From: a virus
IMG/VR virus record: IMGVR_UViG_3300045988_166572
Coordinates: 1 to 43,718 of that record
DNA length: 43,718 nucleotides
Direction: 5' to 3' (one strand)
Shown here one piece after another: positions 25,313 through 32,138 of this stretch; the stretch's first letter is position 1, and every line of letters begins with the position of its first letter. Under the pieces are notes generated by a model, which worked only from the letters and a program-made list of their open reading frames with translations, ran no database searches and was not told the origin of the DNA. The position numbers and the translations under genes were made by a program.

Positions 25313-26007
25313 TGGCAACACAGACACAGGTAAAAGCATTTATTGAAAGAATCGCACCGATCGCACAGGCAAAGTCTAAAGGGCGGGCATTGCCGTCCGT
25401 GTGTATTGCACAGGCCTGTTGTGAGTCTGCATATGGGACAAGTCCTAAGATGATCCTGGCAAATGCTGTGTTCGGTATCAAGGTCGGCAAGTCAAAGGCG
25501 CATTTCGGTACGGCATGGCATGATAAGGCATACAGCACACGTACAAAAGAGTGCTATGACGGTAAGACATACACTAATATCACGGACCTGTTCAGGGCGT
25601 ATGACAGTATCGATGATGCAGTGGAGGATTATTATGATATGCTCGGTATCTGTAAGAGGTACAAGGCATGTGTCAATGAAAAGAATCCACAGAAGTGCAT
25701 CACTGCTATTAAAAATGGTGGGTATGCAACAGCTCCTGATTATGTGTCAACGATTATGAGAATTATTAATAAGTATAATCTGACAAAATACGATTGCCTT
25801 ACACTTCGAAAAGGATCTTCAGGATCCGTGGTGAAAGAGTTGCAGATCTTACTTATTAAGGCTGGATACAGCTGTGGTAAATACGGATCGGACAGTAAGT
25901 TTGGTGACAGCACTCTGGAAGCGGTGAAAGCATTCCAGGCAGACAGAGGACTTGCGGTTGACGGTGTTGTGGGGACAAAGACATGGGCAGAATTGTACAA
26001 AGGTTAA
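25312..26007 (+). CDS. Endolysin: GH73 N-acetylglucosaminidase domain + PG_binding_1 domain
   Basis: ATG 25312 (MATQTQVKAF). CIAQACCESAYGTS (GH73 catalytic region). C-terminal GSSGSVVKELQILLIKAGY...FGDSTLEAVKAFQADRGLAVDGVVGTKTWAEL. Confidence 0.9.
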   Translation: MATQTQVKAFIERIAPIAQAKSKGRALPSVCIAQACCESAYGTSPKMILANAVFGIKVGKSKAHFGTAWHDKAYSTRTKECYDGKTYTNITDLFRAYDSIDDAVEDYYDMLGICKRYKACVNEKNPQKCITAIKNGGYATAPDYVSTIMRIINKYNLTKYDCLTLRKGSSGSVVKELQILLIKAGYSCGKYGSDSKFGDSTLEAVKAFQADRGLAVDGVVGTKTWAELYKG

Positions 26008-26108
26008 TTGATGGTGCATTGGAGGTATTATGCCTGATGCTTCTAACGGTAGCAGTAGGTGTGTTGTTCCCTATTGCTACTGTATTGAAATGGTTGGATA
26101 AATAACAG

Positions 26109-26137
26109 GGATCCCGGCGTTATGCCGGGATTTTTTG
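26109..26137 (+). terminator. Rho-independent terminator ending the late/lysis operon
   Basis: ATCCCGGC (26111-26118) pairs with GCCGGGAT (26124-26131), then TTTTTT. Confidence 0.8.
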
Positions 26138-26220
26138 CGTATAAACAATTGTTTATGTCTTTGTATAATGGAGCAGTAAATTGTGTATCACTACAGTGCA
26201 CGATAAATACTACTCCTAAA

Positions 26221-27573
26221 TCAGTAAAAATGAAAACCGCATAGTTTGCGGGTTTCCGGATCTACCTGAATAGCTTTAATATATTTTTTCCAGAAGATTT
26301 TCTTATTTTCAGCATCCAGTGAACGATATAAGTTGATCCAGTCACCCTGAAAGAAGGAGACCAGATTCTCACGTTTTTCAATAGTATTCTCGATGTCGCA
26401 TACAGTGGATAGCTCCATTAATTTCTTTTCAAGCAGTTCATATTGACTTTCGTAATAAGAATCCGTGATACGGCCTTTCTGGTACATCAAATTCAATCGT
26501 CCCATTTCATCATGAATTACCTTCGCATTATTTCCGGATTCCTGTTCGGAGGCAGCCATGCTTTTCAGCTTTTCAATGTCGCGCTGCAGAAAGATCAGGA
26601 CATTTTCAATCAGATAATTTTCTACGGTCTTTTCCAGTATGGACGCTCCGCCATGCCGGTTAAATTTATTCCCACAACGATATTTTATGTAGATGCTCTG
26701 ACCGCCGTTTTTCAGGTTCTGTTTCTTCCGGTAACCAGTGAAGTTGTTTCCGCAGATCGGACATTTAATCAGTGATGTAAAAATGTAAGGCTCATATTGT
26801 CCGGTATTCTGCTTAGTAGTTCCTATTGTGCGGATCTGCTCGTATTGTTCTCTGGTAAGGTACGGTTCACACCAGTTTGGATTGCCACGGAATGAGCCGG
26901 AATACTTCTCGTTTTTAAAGAGACGGTCTATAACGTTGTCAGAGGGGGTATTTTGGCCATATTTCATATTTAGGTAACGAATTACGTCACGAATGGAAAA
27001 AGTCTTAAAATAACGCTCATACGCGCTCACAACGATATGCGAGACGGATTCATCCTTTTGTACATATCCGTCAACCACCTTATAGCCATATGGAGCCATG
27101 CGTCCACTGATCACTTTTCCCTGGGCTTCCTTATGCCGGAATACTGCTTTGATTCGTTCGGAGGTACGGTCACATTCATTCTGTGCAACTGCCAGCATAA
27201 TATTAATCTTAAGCTGGCCATCAGCGGTGGAAGAGTCATAGTCCTCATAGATGGTTTTCCAGTTACAGTGGTGTGCATCTAAGATTTCCTGTGTATTGTG
27301 GTAGTCCTTCACATTACGGAACCATCGGTCTAATTTGGTTACCAGGATCAGGTCCACCTTATTCGCTTTCACATCATCCAGAAGCCTCATAAGGTCCTTA
27401 CGGTTCTTCATTTTCTTCCGGGCAGTAATGCCTTCATCTTCGTAGTAACCGACAATAACATATCCGTGATCTTTTGCGTATTGCGTGAGATCGTCTTTCT
27501 GTGTGGCGAGGGATAAGCCCTTTTCCACCTGCAGGTCGGTAGACACACGATCATAAATGGCACAACGGATCAT
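26221..27573 (-). CDS. int: Large serine recombinase (integrase)
   Basis: MIRCAIYDRVSTDLQ catalytic Ser motif, recombinase domain, zinc ribbon CPICGNNF...YRCGNK, coiled-coil tail. ATG 27573 follows GAGGAGG; the 27612 start of the ORF track is rejected. Confidence 0.95.
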   Translation of the reverse strand: MIRCAIYDRVSTDLQVEKGLSLATQKDDLTQYAKDHGYVIVGYYEDEGITARKKMKNRKDLMRLLDDVKANKVDLILVTKLDRWFRNVKDYHNTQEILDAHHCNWKTIYEDYDSSTADGQLKINIMLAVAQNECDRTSERIKAVFRHKEAQGKVISGRMAPYGYKVVDGYVQKDESVSHIVVSAYERYFKTFSIRDVIRYLNMKYGQNTPSDNVIDRLFKNEKYSGSFRGNPNWCEPYLTREQYEQIRTIGTTKQNTGQYEPYIFTSLIKCPICGNNFTGYRKKQNLKNGGQSIYIKYRCGNKFNRHGGASILEKTVENYLIENVLIFLQRDIEKLKSMAASEQESGNNAKVIHDEMGRLNLMYQKGRITDSYYESQYELLEKKLMELSTVCDIENTIEKRENLVSFFQGDWINLYRSLDAENKKIFWKKYIKAIQVDPETRKLCGFHFY

Positions 27574-27611
27574 TATATCATCCTCCTCATACATTTTATG
27601 GCAGCAGAGCA

Positions 27612-27643
27612 TAAAAATGCCCGGTGCTTGTATTTTCGCCGGG
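27612..27643 (-). terminator. Possible minus-strand terminator after the two-gene cassette
   Basis: On the minus strand, CCCGGCG-aaaatacaag-CACCGGG (6 of 7 bp) is followed by CATTTTTAT. It shares GGG with the 50-bp inverted repeat. Confidence 0.35.
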
Positions 27644-27690
27644 AAAACCGATACAATTTCACGTGTGTAGGTGACTGTATCGGTTTTCCC
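27641..27690. repeat. 50-bp element: perfect 15-bp inverted repeat with 20-bp spacer; candidate attP of the serine integrase
   Basis: GGGAAAACCGATACA (27641-27655) and TGTATCGGTTTTCCC (27676-27690) are exact reverse complements. The centre falls on non-palindromic GT (27665-27666). Lies 68 bp upstream of the int start. Confidence 0.45.
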
Positions 27691-27749
27691 GATGTGGTTC
27701 CTGATCTGCTCCGGTATTGGCGTACCGGGGCAGATTTTAATTATTTATA

Positions 27750-28178
27750 TTACATATATTTTATTGATTCAAATGTATAGTAAATAGAAACTATTATATT
27801 GGACAAACCACCTATAAAGAGTATGGAGGAAAGTACAGTATTATCAAAGAAAATCCAACATATAATAGAAAGCAAATAAATAAGCAATCCCACAACAATA
27901 TTTGACAAGTATATACGCTCATGGTGAGTTTTTTTGAACTGTGCAACTTTCTGCGGATTTTTAGGAACAGCTAGGTAGATGGTTAAAATAGTAAGTAAAG
28001 CTCCAATAAAAGTGGCTGACACAGATATCAATGTTACAATTTTATTATTGTCTAAGTTAAAGAAATTGTTTTTCTGGAAATAGTCTATGTGGTCATTAAG
28101 ATATTTACATAGAAATATAGTAAATATGGGAAAAATTATGCAAGAATAATATTTAAGTTTACTTTTAATTTTGTTCAT
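27750..28178 (-). CDS. 142-aa four-helix integral membrane protein (RexB-like by size/topology/context)
   Basis: Hydrophobic stretches at about aa 10-27, 47-71, 89-111 and 114-136. ATG follows GGGGGGTAAAGT. AT-rich. Lies 46 nt downstream of the 277-aa gene. Confidence 0.8.
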   Translation of the reverse strand: MNKIKSKLKYYSCIIFPIFTIFLCKYLNDHIDYFQKNNFFNLDNNKIVTLISVSATFIGALLTILTIYLAVPKNPQKVAQFKKTHHERIYLSNIVVGLLIYLLSIICWIFFDNTVLSSILFIGGLSNIIVSIYYTFESIKYM

Positions 28179-28224
28179 ACTTTACCCCCCATATACTAAT
28201 TTTGGTATGTCATATTAAATGTAC

Positions 28225-29058
28225 TTATGCTAAAGCTTCCGATAGTTTTTTCTTAATAATTGATGTATTTTTTACAGCATCTTCAGTAATATCAAAAGGT
28301 GTGTTTTTTGTATATATAGTTTCCAAAAAATTTATGGTTTCTTCCAAACCATATTCGTTTTTTCCTATCAGATGAATAGCATTGTAAGTATCCCTCTCTT
28401 GAGTAGAAATTTCAACTAATTTATCAATCAACTTATTGTTTGAACCTTGTTTTAATTTAAACTCTACAGAATACGATTCGTATTTGAAATCACCGAGAGA
28501 AACAGCAACTGATTGAATGTTGTCTTTTGATTGCTCTGGAGCAAATGAAAGCTGTAATTTACACATATTTTTTAATTGTTTTGCTGCATGGCTTACATCT
28601 CTAATTTTTTCAGGAGCAATAAAAATTTTTACCATATTACCAGATTTAGCATAAATACAGTCTTGTAGTATACAATGGATCTTAGAAATATTTTTGTGTT
28701 GAATGGCAGACATTCGGTTTTTTGTACAGTCAATATAAAAATAAGTATAGGCTTCTAATTGAGTGTTAGGGTCTATAGAGGTATAAGGTTCTGTTTCGTT
28801 AGTCTGCTTATTTCTTTTTTGTAAGAAATTAGTATACTTCAATTCACTCTGTTTTGAACATGTACCAAAAATATAATTGATACCAATTTCCAAGATATCA
28901 ATATTATATTTTTCTTTTTCGTACTCATGCCTATATGTATTGCATGAAGGAAAGGATTTTTTTACCAAATCCAAAGTGGATATAGGATATATCCCATTGT
29001 TATACATTGACGGCTGTGGTTCAAATGTATAAAACTTTATAATCTTCGAAACGCTCAT
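28225..29058 (-). CDS. 277-aa soluble protein of unknown family (RexA-like by size/context)
   Basis: ATG 29058 (MSVSKIIKFYTFEP...) follows GGAGGGGG; the longer 29082 start contains that SD. No motif of a named family recognised. AT-rich. Confidence 0.8.
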   Translation of the reverse strand: MSVSKIIKFYTFEPQPSMYNNGIYPISTLDLVKKSFPSCNTYRHEYEKEKYNIDILEIGINYIFGTCSKQSELKYTNFLQKRNKQTNETEPYTSIDPNTQLEAYTYFYIDCTKNRMSAIQHKNISKIHCILQDCIYAKSGNMVKIFIAPEKIRDVSHAAKQLKNMCKLQLSFAPEQSKDNIQSVAVSLGDFKYESYSVEFKLKQGSNNKLIDKLVEISTQERDTYNAIHLIGKNEYGLEETINFLETIYTKNTPFDITEDAVKNTSIIKKKLSEALA

Positions 29059-29127
29059 TAGTACCCCCTCCATTTCAAACATCAGTTCGATTGAACTGCC
29101 GTTTTTTTTTAGAGAGTAATAGTGTGA

Positions 29128-29340
29128 CTAAGATTTGTGCGCTTCTTTTTCTATTGCATTTGCATTGTATTTATCAAAATCTCCGTTTTTTATGTGATTG
29201 ATGGCATGCCAGTAGGCTGATAATTGTCGCTCGTATGATAGCCGTGCATTTAAAAAGATTGTATAGCTATCGTCCGTATTCTTTATTACCTGTTCGCCAA
29301 CAAGCACGTCCATATCTATTAGCTGTGTATTAATATCCAA
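29128..29340 (-). CDS. Short ImmA/IrrE-like protein with degenerate metal site (HAINH instead of HExxH)
   Basis: TTG start after GGTGA. YTIFLNARLSYERQLSAYWHAINHIKNGDF resembles the core of ImmA-type metallopeptidases, but the protein is only 70 aa and lacks the Glu. Confidence 0.55.
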   Translation of the reverse strand: MDINTQLIDMDVLVGEQVIKNTDDSYTIFLNARLSYERQLSAYWHAINHIKNGDFDKYNANAIEKEAHKS

Positions 29341-29391
29341 ATTTCATCACCTATTACACATATAACATATTTTATGTACCATAATTAGGAC

Positions 29392-29757
29392 TCAAATATC
29401 TTCCCCGGTTTCTTGTTTATAAAGATTCCTCATAAATTCCATATGTGCCTTAAATCTTTCAGGTGGCATATTCTTTTTCATATCGAAAAGAGAGCGCATA
29501 TCTGGGTCTTCAAACATTTCTTGTGCCATTTTGGCCGTTTCTTCATTGAGATAGTAGCCAGAGGTTTCTTCTCCAGTCATGAGATAATCCAAACTTACTT
29601 CAAAATAGTCTGCAATTTTCTGTAACTTATCTCTTTTTGGCTCGCTTCGGCCAGATTTCCAATCAGAAAATGTAGATTTTGTAATACCAGTTGCCCGGAC
29701 CACATCAGCGTCTTTAACCCCTCTTAAATCCCTTAACTTGCAATAAATTTCGTACAT
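29392..29757 (-). CDS. XRE-family HTH repressor (CI-like)
   Basis: LRDLRGVKDADVVRATGITKSTFSDWKSGRSEPKRDKLQKIADYFEVSLDYL. Divergent from the cro-like gene. Confidence 0.85.
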   Translation of the reverse strand: MYEIYCKLRDLRGVKDADVVRATGITKSTFSDWKSGRSEPKRDKLQKIADYFEVSLDYLMTGEETSGYYLNEETAKMAQEMFEDPDMRSLFDMKKNMPPERFKAHMEFMRNLYKQETGEDI

Positions 29758-29950
29758 ATAAACACCTCATAAAATAAAGTTTTAAAATCCGTACAAAAAG
29801 CATTGACAAGTAATGATTTCCGTGCTAACATAAATACATAAAGTTCGGAAATCAAAACAGCCTGCAAATTGTAGTTATATGATATCTGGTAAATTGATTA
29901 TAACTGATTTCCGAACTAAACGCAACAATAAAGTTCGGAAGGAGGATGAA
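29758..29950. promoter_or_regulatory. Divergent promoter/operator region of the genetic switch
   Basis: Operator half-sites: TGATTTCCGTGC (29814-29825), GTTCGGAAATCA (29843-29854), TGATTTCCGAAC (29905-29916) and GTTCGGAA (29933-29940). Exact 13-mer ATAAAGTTCGGAA at 29838 and 29928. Rightward -35 TTGACA (29803-29808) /17/ TAACAT. Leftward TTGATT /17/ TATGTT. Confidence 0.7.
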
Positions 29951-30139
29951 ATGTATAAAAATTATGTGGAACTAAGAGACAAAAAAGGAGTAACTGACTA
30001 TCAAGTATCAAAAGATACGGGCATTACGAAGTCTACATTTTCTGATTGGAAAGTTGGGCGCAGTAAACCTAAGGCAGATAAGTTAAAGCTTTTAGCTGAA
30101 TACTTTGGTGTGGATATTGGTTATTTCTTGGAAAAGTGA
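29951..30139 (+). CDS. Cro-like XRE HTH protein
   Basis: ATG 29951 after GGAAGGAGG, 62 aa, VSKDTGITKSTFSDWKVGRSKPKADKLKLLAEYFGV. Confidence 0.8.
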   Translation: MYKNYVELRDKKGVTDYQVSKDTGITKSTFSDWKVGRSKPKADKLKLLAEYFGVDIGYFLEK

Positions 30140-30159
30140 AAAGCACGGAAAGGAGAGAG

Positions 30160-30381
30160 ATGGAACAGAAAGAAGCAAAAAGGATATTGATTTTCAATAT
30201 CAGGCGCATCATTAAGGACAAAGGACTTAAACAGTGTGCGGTAGCAGAAAAGGCAGGATTTAGCCCGAGACTTTTTAGCTCGATGCTGAATGAGCGAAAG
30301 TTTATTTTAGCAGAATACATTCCCAATATTGCAACAGCACTGGGGGTAGATGTTAATGAGTTGTACAGGAAGGAGGGATAA
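30160..30381 (+). CDS. Second XRE-family HTH protein
   Basis: ATG 30160 after GAAAGGAGAGAG, IKDKGLKQCAVAEKAGFSPRLFSSMLN. Confidence 0.75.
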   Translation: MEQKEAKRILIFNIRRIIKDKGLKQCAVAEKAGFSPRLFSSMLNERKFILAEYIPNIATALGVDVNELYRKEG

Positions 30382-30385
30382 GTAA

Positions 30386-30532
30386 ATGGAAAAAACGGAA
30401 ACGTTAAAAGATTACACCAAGATTGTTGTTGAAACAGATGAAAAGAACCCTATAACCATAGTAACAATTACAAATGGTGAAACGGTTGTTGCGGATGGAT
30501 ACAGGGTTCGATTGACGCCAAAATACGATTAA
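30386..30532 (+). CDS. 48-aa hypothetical ORF (MEKTETLKDYTKIVVETDEKNPITIVTITNGETVVADGYRVRLTPKYD)
   Basis: ATG 30386 after GGAAGGAGGG. Hand translation; not in the ORF track. Confidence 0.45.
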   Translation: MEKTETLKDYTKIVVETDEKNPITIVTITNGETVVADGYRVRLTPKYD

Positions 30533-30759
30533 TGTTCTTTGTCGCGTGGAGGGCAAGGATCATTGCCATAGCTGTCCTTAGAACGAATTTGACCATTCCG
30601 ACTTTGAATGATAACTTCGCTCTTTTGGTTAATGGCTATATCTCTTGCATAAGCGGCAGCATCCGATTGACGGTCAAATATTTTAGTGTCGCGCTGGTTT
30701 CCTTCACCGTGGACAGCCCATCTGTCACCACGTGGAGATACCCATTGATTTGTTCCCAT
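30529..30759 (-). CDS. DUF2188-family small protein
   Basis: ATG 30759 (MGTNQWVSPRGDRWAVHGEGNQRDTKIFDRQSDAAAYARDIA...) after AAGGAAGGAG. It is the only minus-strand gene inside the early + operon. Confidence 0.8.
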   Translation of the reverse strand: MGTNQWVSPRGDRWAVHGEGNQRDTKIFDRQSDAAAYARDIAINQKSEVIIQSRNGQIRSKDSYGNDPCPPRDKEH

Positions 30760-30801
30760 GATAATCATCTCCTTCCTTAAGTGGAACACATTTGTTAGTT
30801 G

Positions 30802-30830
30802 ATTATACAGAACAAATGTTTATGTGTCAA
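30802..30830 (-). promoter_or_regulatory. Perfect consensus sigma-A/sigma-70 promoter driving the DUF2188 gene
   Basis: The minus strand reads TTGACA (30830-30825), an exactly 17-nt spacer, then TATAAT (30807-30802). The 9-bp inverted repeat ACATTTGTT (30788-30796) / AACAAATGT (30811-30819) brackets the -10. Confidence 0.8.
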
Positions 30831-30941
30831 GACATAAAGCACAATATATAGAGAAAATGCAGAAAATAATACAATATTTTGCGTATTTGTACTGGAAGGT
30901 AAAAGTAGACAAGCTATTGGAGTAGGAAGGAGGTACAAAGA

Positions 30942-31055
30942 GTGGCATCTATAGCAAAGACATTAATTATCTGTTTTACGATTGTAATGTGTTTGGCAAT
31001 TATATGCCGTGGTGGAAAGAAAGGAGATAACGATGCCAAGGGTAAGAATGAGTGA
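30942..31055 (+). CDS. 37-aa putative membrane peptide (VASIAKTLIICFTIVMCLAIICRGGKKGDNDAKGKNE)
   Basis: GTG 30942 lies 8 nt after AGGAAGGAGG (30924-30933). Hand translation. Confidence 0.3.
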   Translation: MASIAKTLIICFTIVMCLAIICRGGKKGDNDAKGKNE

Positions 31056-31147
31056 AGCCGAGGAGCAGATGCATTTGCCTGGCAAAAAGAAGTAAAGCCG
31101 TACAAGCGGTGAAACATATCAATTAATAAAGAAATGGAGGTATTTAT

Positions 31148-31306
31148 ATGAGTGATATACCTAAATTAACTCCGGAGCTTGAACTTGATATGAAAAGAAC
31201 ATTGCTGATGCTTGCAGCTAAGCAAAGTGGTGTAAAGATCACAAATGTCTATGTAAAAAACAAGGATGGAACGATAACGGACGAGGTAAAAAAATACGTG
31301 ATCTAG
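31148..31306 (+). CDS. 52-aa hypothetical ORF (MSDIPKLTPELELDMKRTLLMLAAKQSGVKITNVYVKNKDGTITDEVKKYVI)
   Basis: ATG 31148 after AATGGAGG. Followed by the hairpin GGACCC-ggaa-GGGTCC (31306-31321). Confidence 0.45.
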   Translation: MSDIPKLTPELELDMKRTLLMLAAKQSGVKITNVYVKNKDGTITDEVKKYVI

Positions 31307-31349
31307 GACCCGGAAGGGTCCACAGAGAGGACAAGCAGGAGGGAAGACA

Positions 31350-31616
31350 TTGAGAAAGATTCGTTTCAAACAGGCAGTTGCCTTTGTGGTATTTCTACTG
31401 TCCATTGCGACAATGGACAGCCAGTTATATATAACGGCGGGAGTGCTGGCAATATTGAGCAGTATTTACCTGCTTACATCCAGCAGAAAGGAGCAGAGAG
31501 ATGTACATGGCACACGAGGAAGCCGGACTGATTACCGGATCAGAGGAAGAGAAGGACAGGCAGAGAGATTTTATATGGGAGTTGGTGCGTTCCATGCTGA
31601 AAGGAGAAGATCATGA
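31350..31616 (+). CDS. Small protein with two N-terminal hydrophobic helices and an Arg-rich tail
   Basis: TTG 31350 after GCAGGAGGG. Its TGA overlaps the ATG of the next gene (ATGA at 31613-31616). The 3' half also contains an alternative-frame ORF (31501..31689). Confidence 0.4.
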   Translation: MRKIRFKQAVAFVVFLLSIATMDSQLYITAGVLAILSSIYLLTSSRKEQRDVHGTRGSRTDYRIRGREGQAERFYMGVGAFHAERRRS

Positions 31617-32035
31617 GAAAAAGAATTCTATCGGTGTTACTGGTTCTGGTGATGCTGTTACTGGTACTCCTGTACAGCTTGCCAGTTGAAGCAGCAGAAT
31701 CATCTGATCTGAAACTGATGCGTGTCACGTGTTATACATATCCACCTGGTAGTATCACAGCATCCGGTAGCGAGGTCCGTGAGGGCATTGTTGCAGCAAA
31801 AAGGGAATGGATGGATGCCCTGGTTGTCCTGTATGACACTGACATGAATTTCATTGGGTATTTTGAAGTCAAGGACACCGGTTTCGGAATTGACAAGGAC
31901 GGGGACGGTATTGGCAGTATCCAGAAAGGGACAAGCATAGACGTGTTCCGGAATAGTCTGGAACAGTGTCATGAATGGACAGAAAGGTATGGTGATTACT
32001 GTTATGTGCAGATCATTACAGATGCAGAAGGGTAA
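31613..32035 (+). CDS. Secreted 3D-domain (RlpA/MltA-like double-psi barrel) protein
   Basis: Signal-peptide-like MRKRILSVLLVLVMLLLVLLYSLPVEA, then MRVTCYTY..GSITASGSEVREGIVAA...VKDTGFGI...SIDVF. Confidence 0.75.
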   Translation: MRKRILSVLLVLVMLLLVLLYSLPVEAAESSDLKLMRVTCYTYPPGSITASGSEVREGIVAAKREWMDALVVLYDTDMNFIGYFEVKDTGFGIDKDGDGIGSIQKGTSIDVFRNSLEQCHEWTERYGDYCYVQIITDAEG

Positions 32036-32138
32036 AAATAATAGCCCCGATACTTTGGCGAGCCGGGACTATTAAAACAGCAAAAAACGGAAATTTTATG
32101 CCTGTCTTTATGTTAAGGCAGGAGAAAGGAAATGTCAA

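Noticed and set aside
26141-26156. Perfect 16-bp palindrome ATAAACAATTGTTTAT between the late-operon terminator and the integrase 3' end, considered as attP core
   Set aside because: Its centre is the palindromic dinucleotide AT, which would not give the polarity that serine integrases need. It is AT-only and short. The 50-bp inverted repeat at 27641-27690 is a better attP candidate. A protein-binding or bidirectional-terminator role cannot be excluded.
29087-29113. Hairpin CAGTTC-gatt-GAACTG followed by T9 on the + strand, between the ImmA-like gene and the 277-aa gene
   Set aside because: It would act as a terminator only for + strand transcription, yet all local genes are on the minus strand. 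The stem is only 6 bp. It is probably incidental, or at most a block to antisense transcripts.
31501-31689. 62-aa ORF with a good AAAGGAG site overlapping both 31350..31616 and the 3D-domain gene
   Set aside because: I cannot tell from sequence alone whether this or the 3' half of 31350..31616 is the translated frame. It is left out of the feature list and flagged in the finding on 31350-32035 instead.
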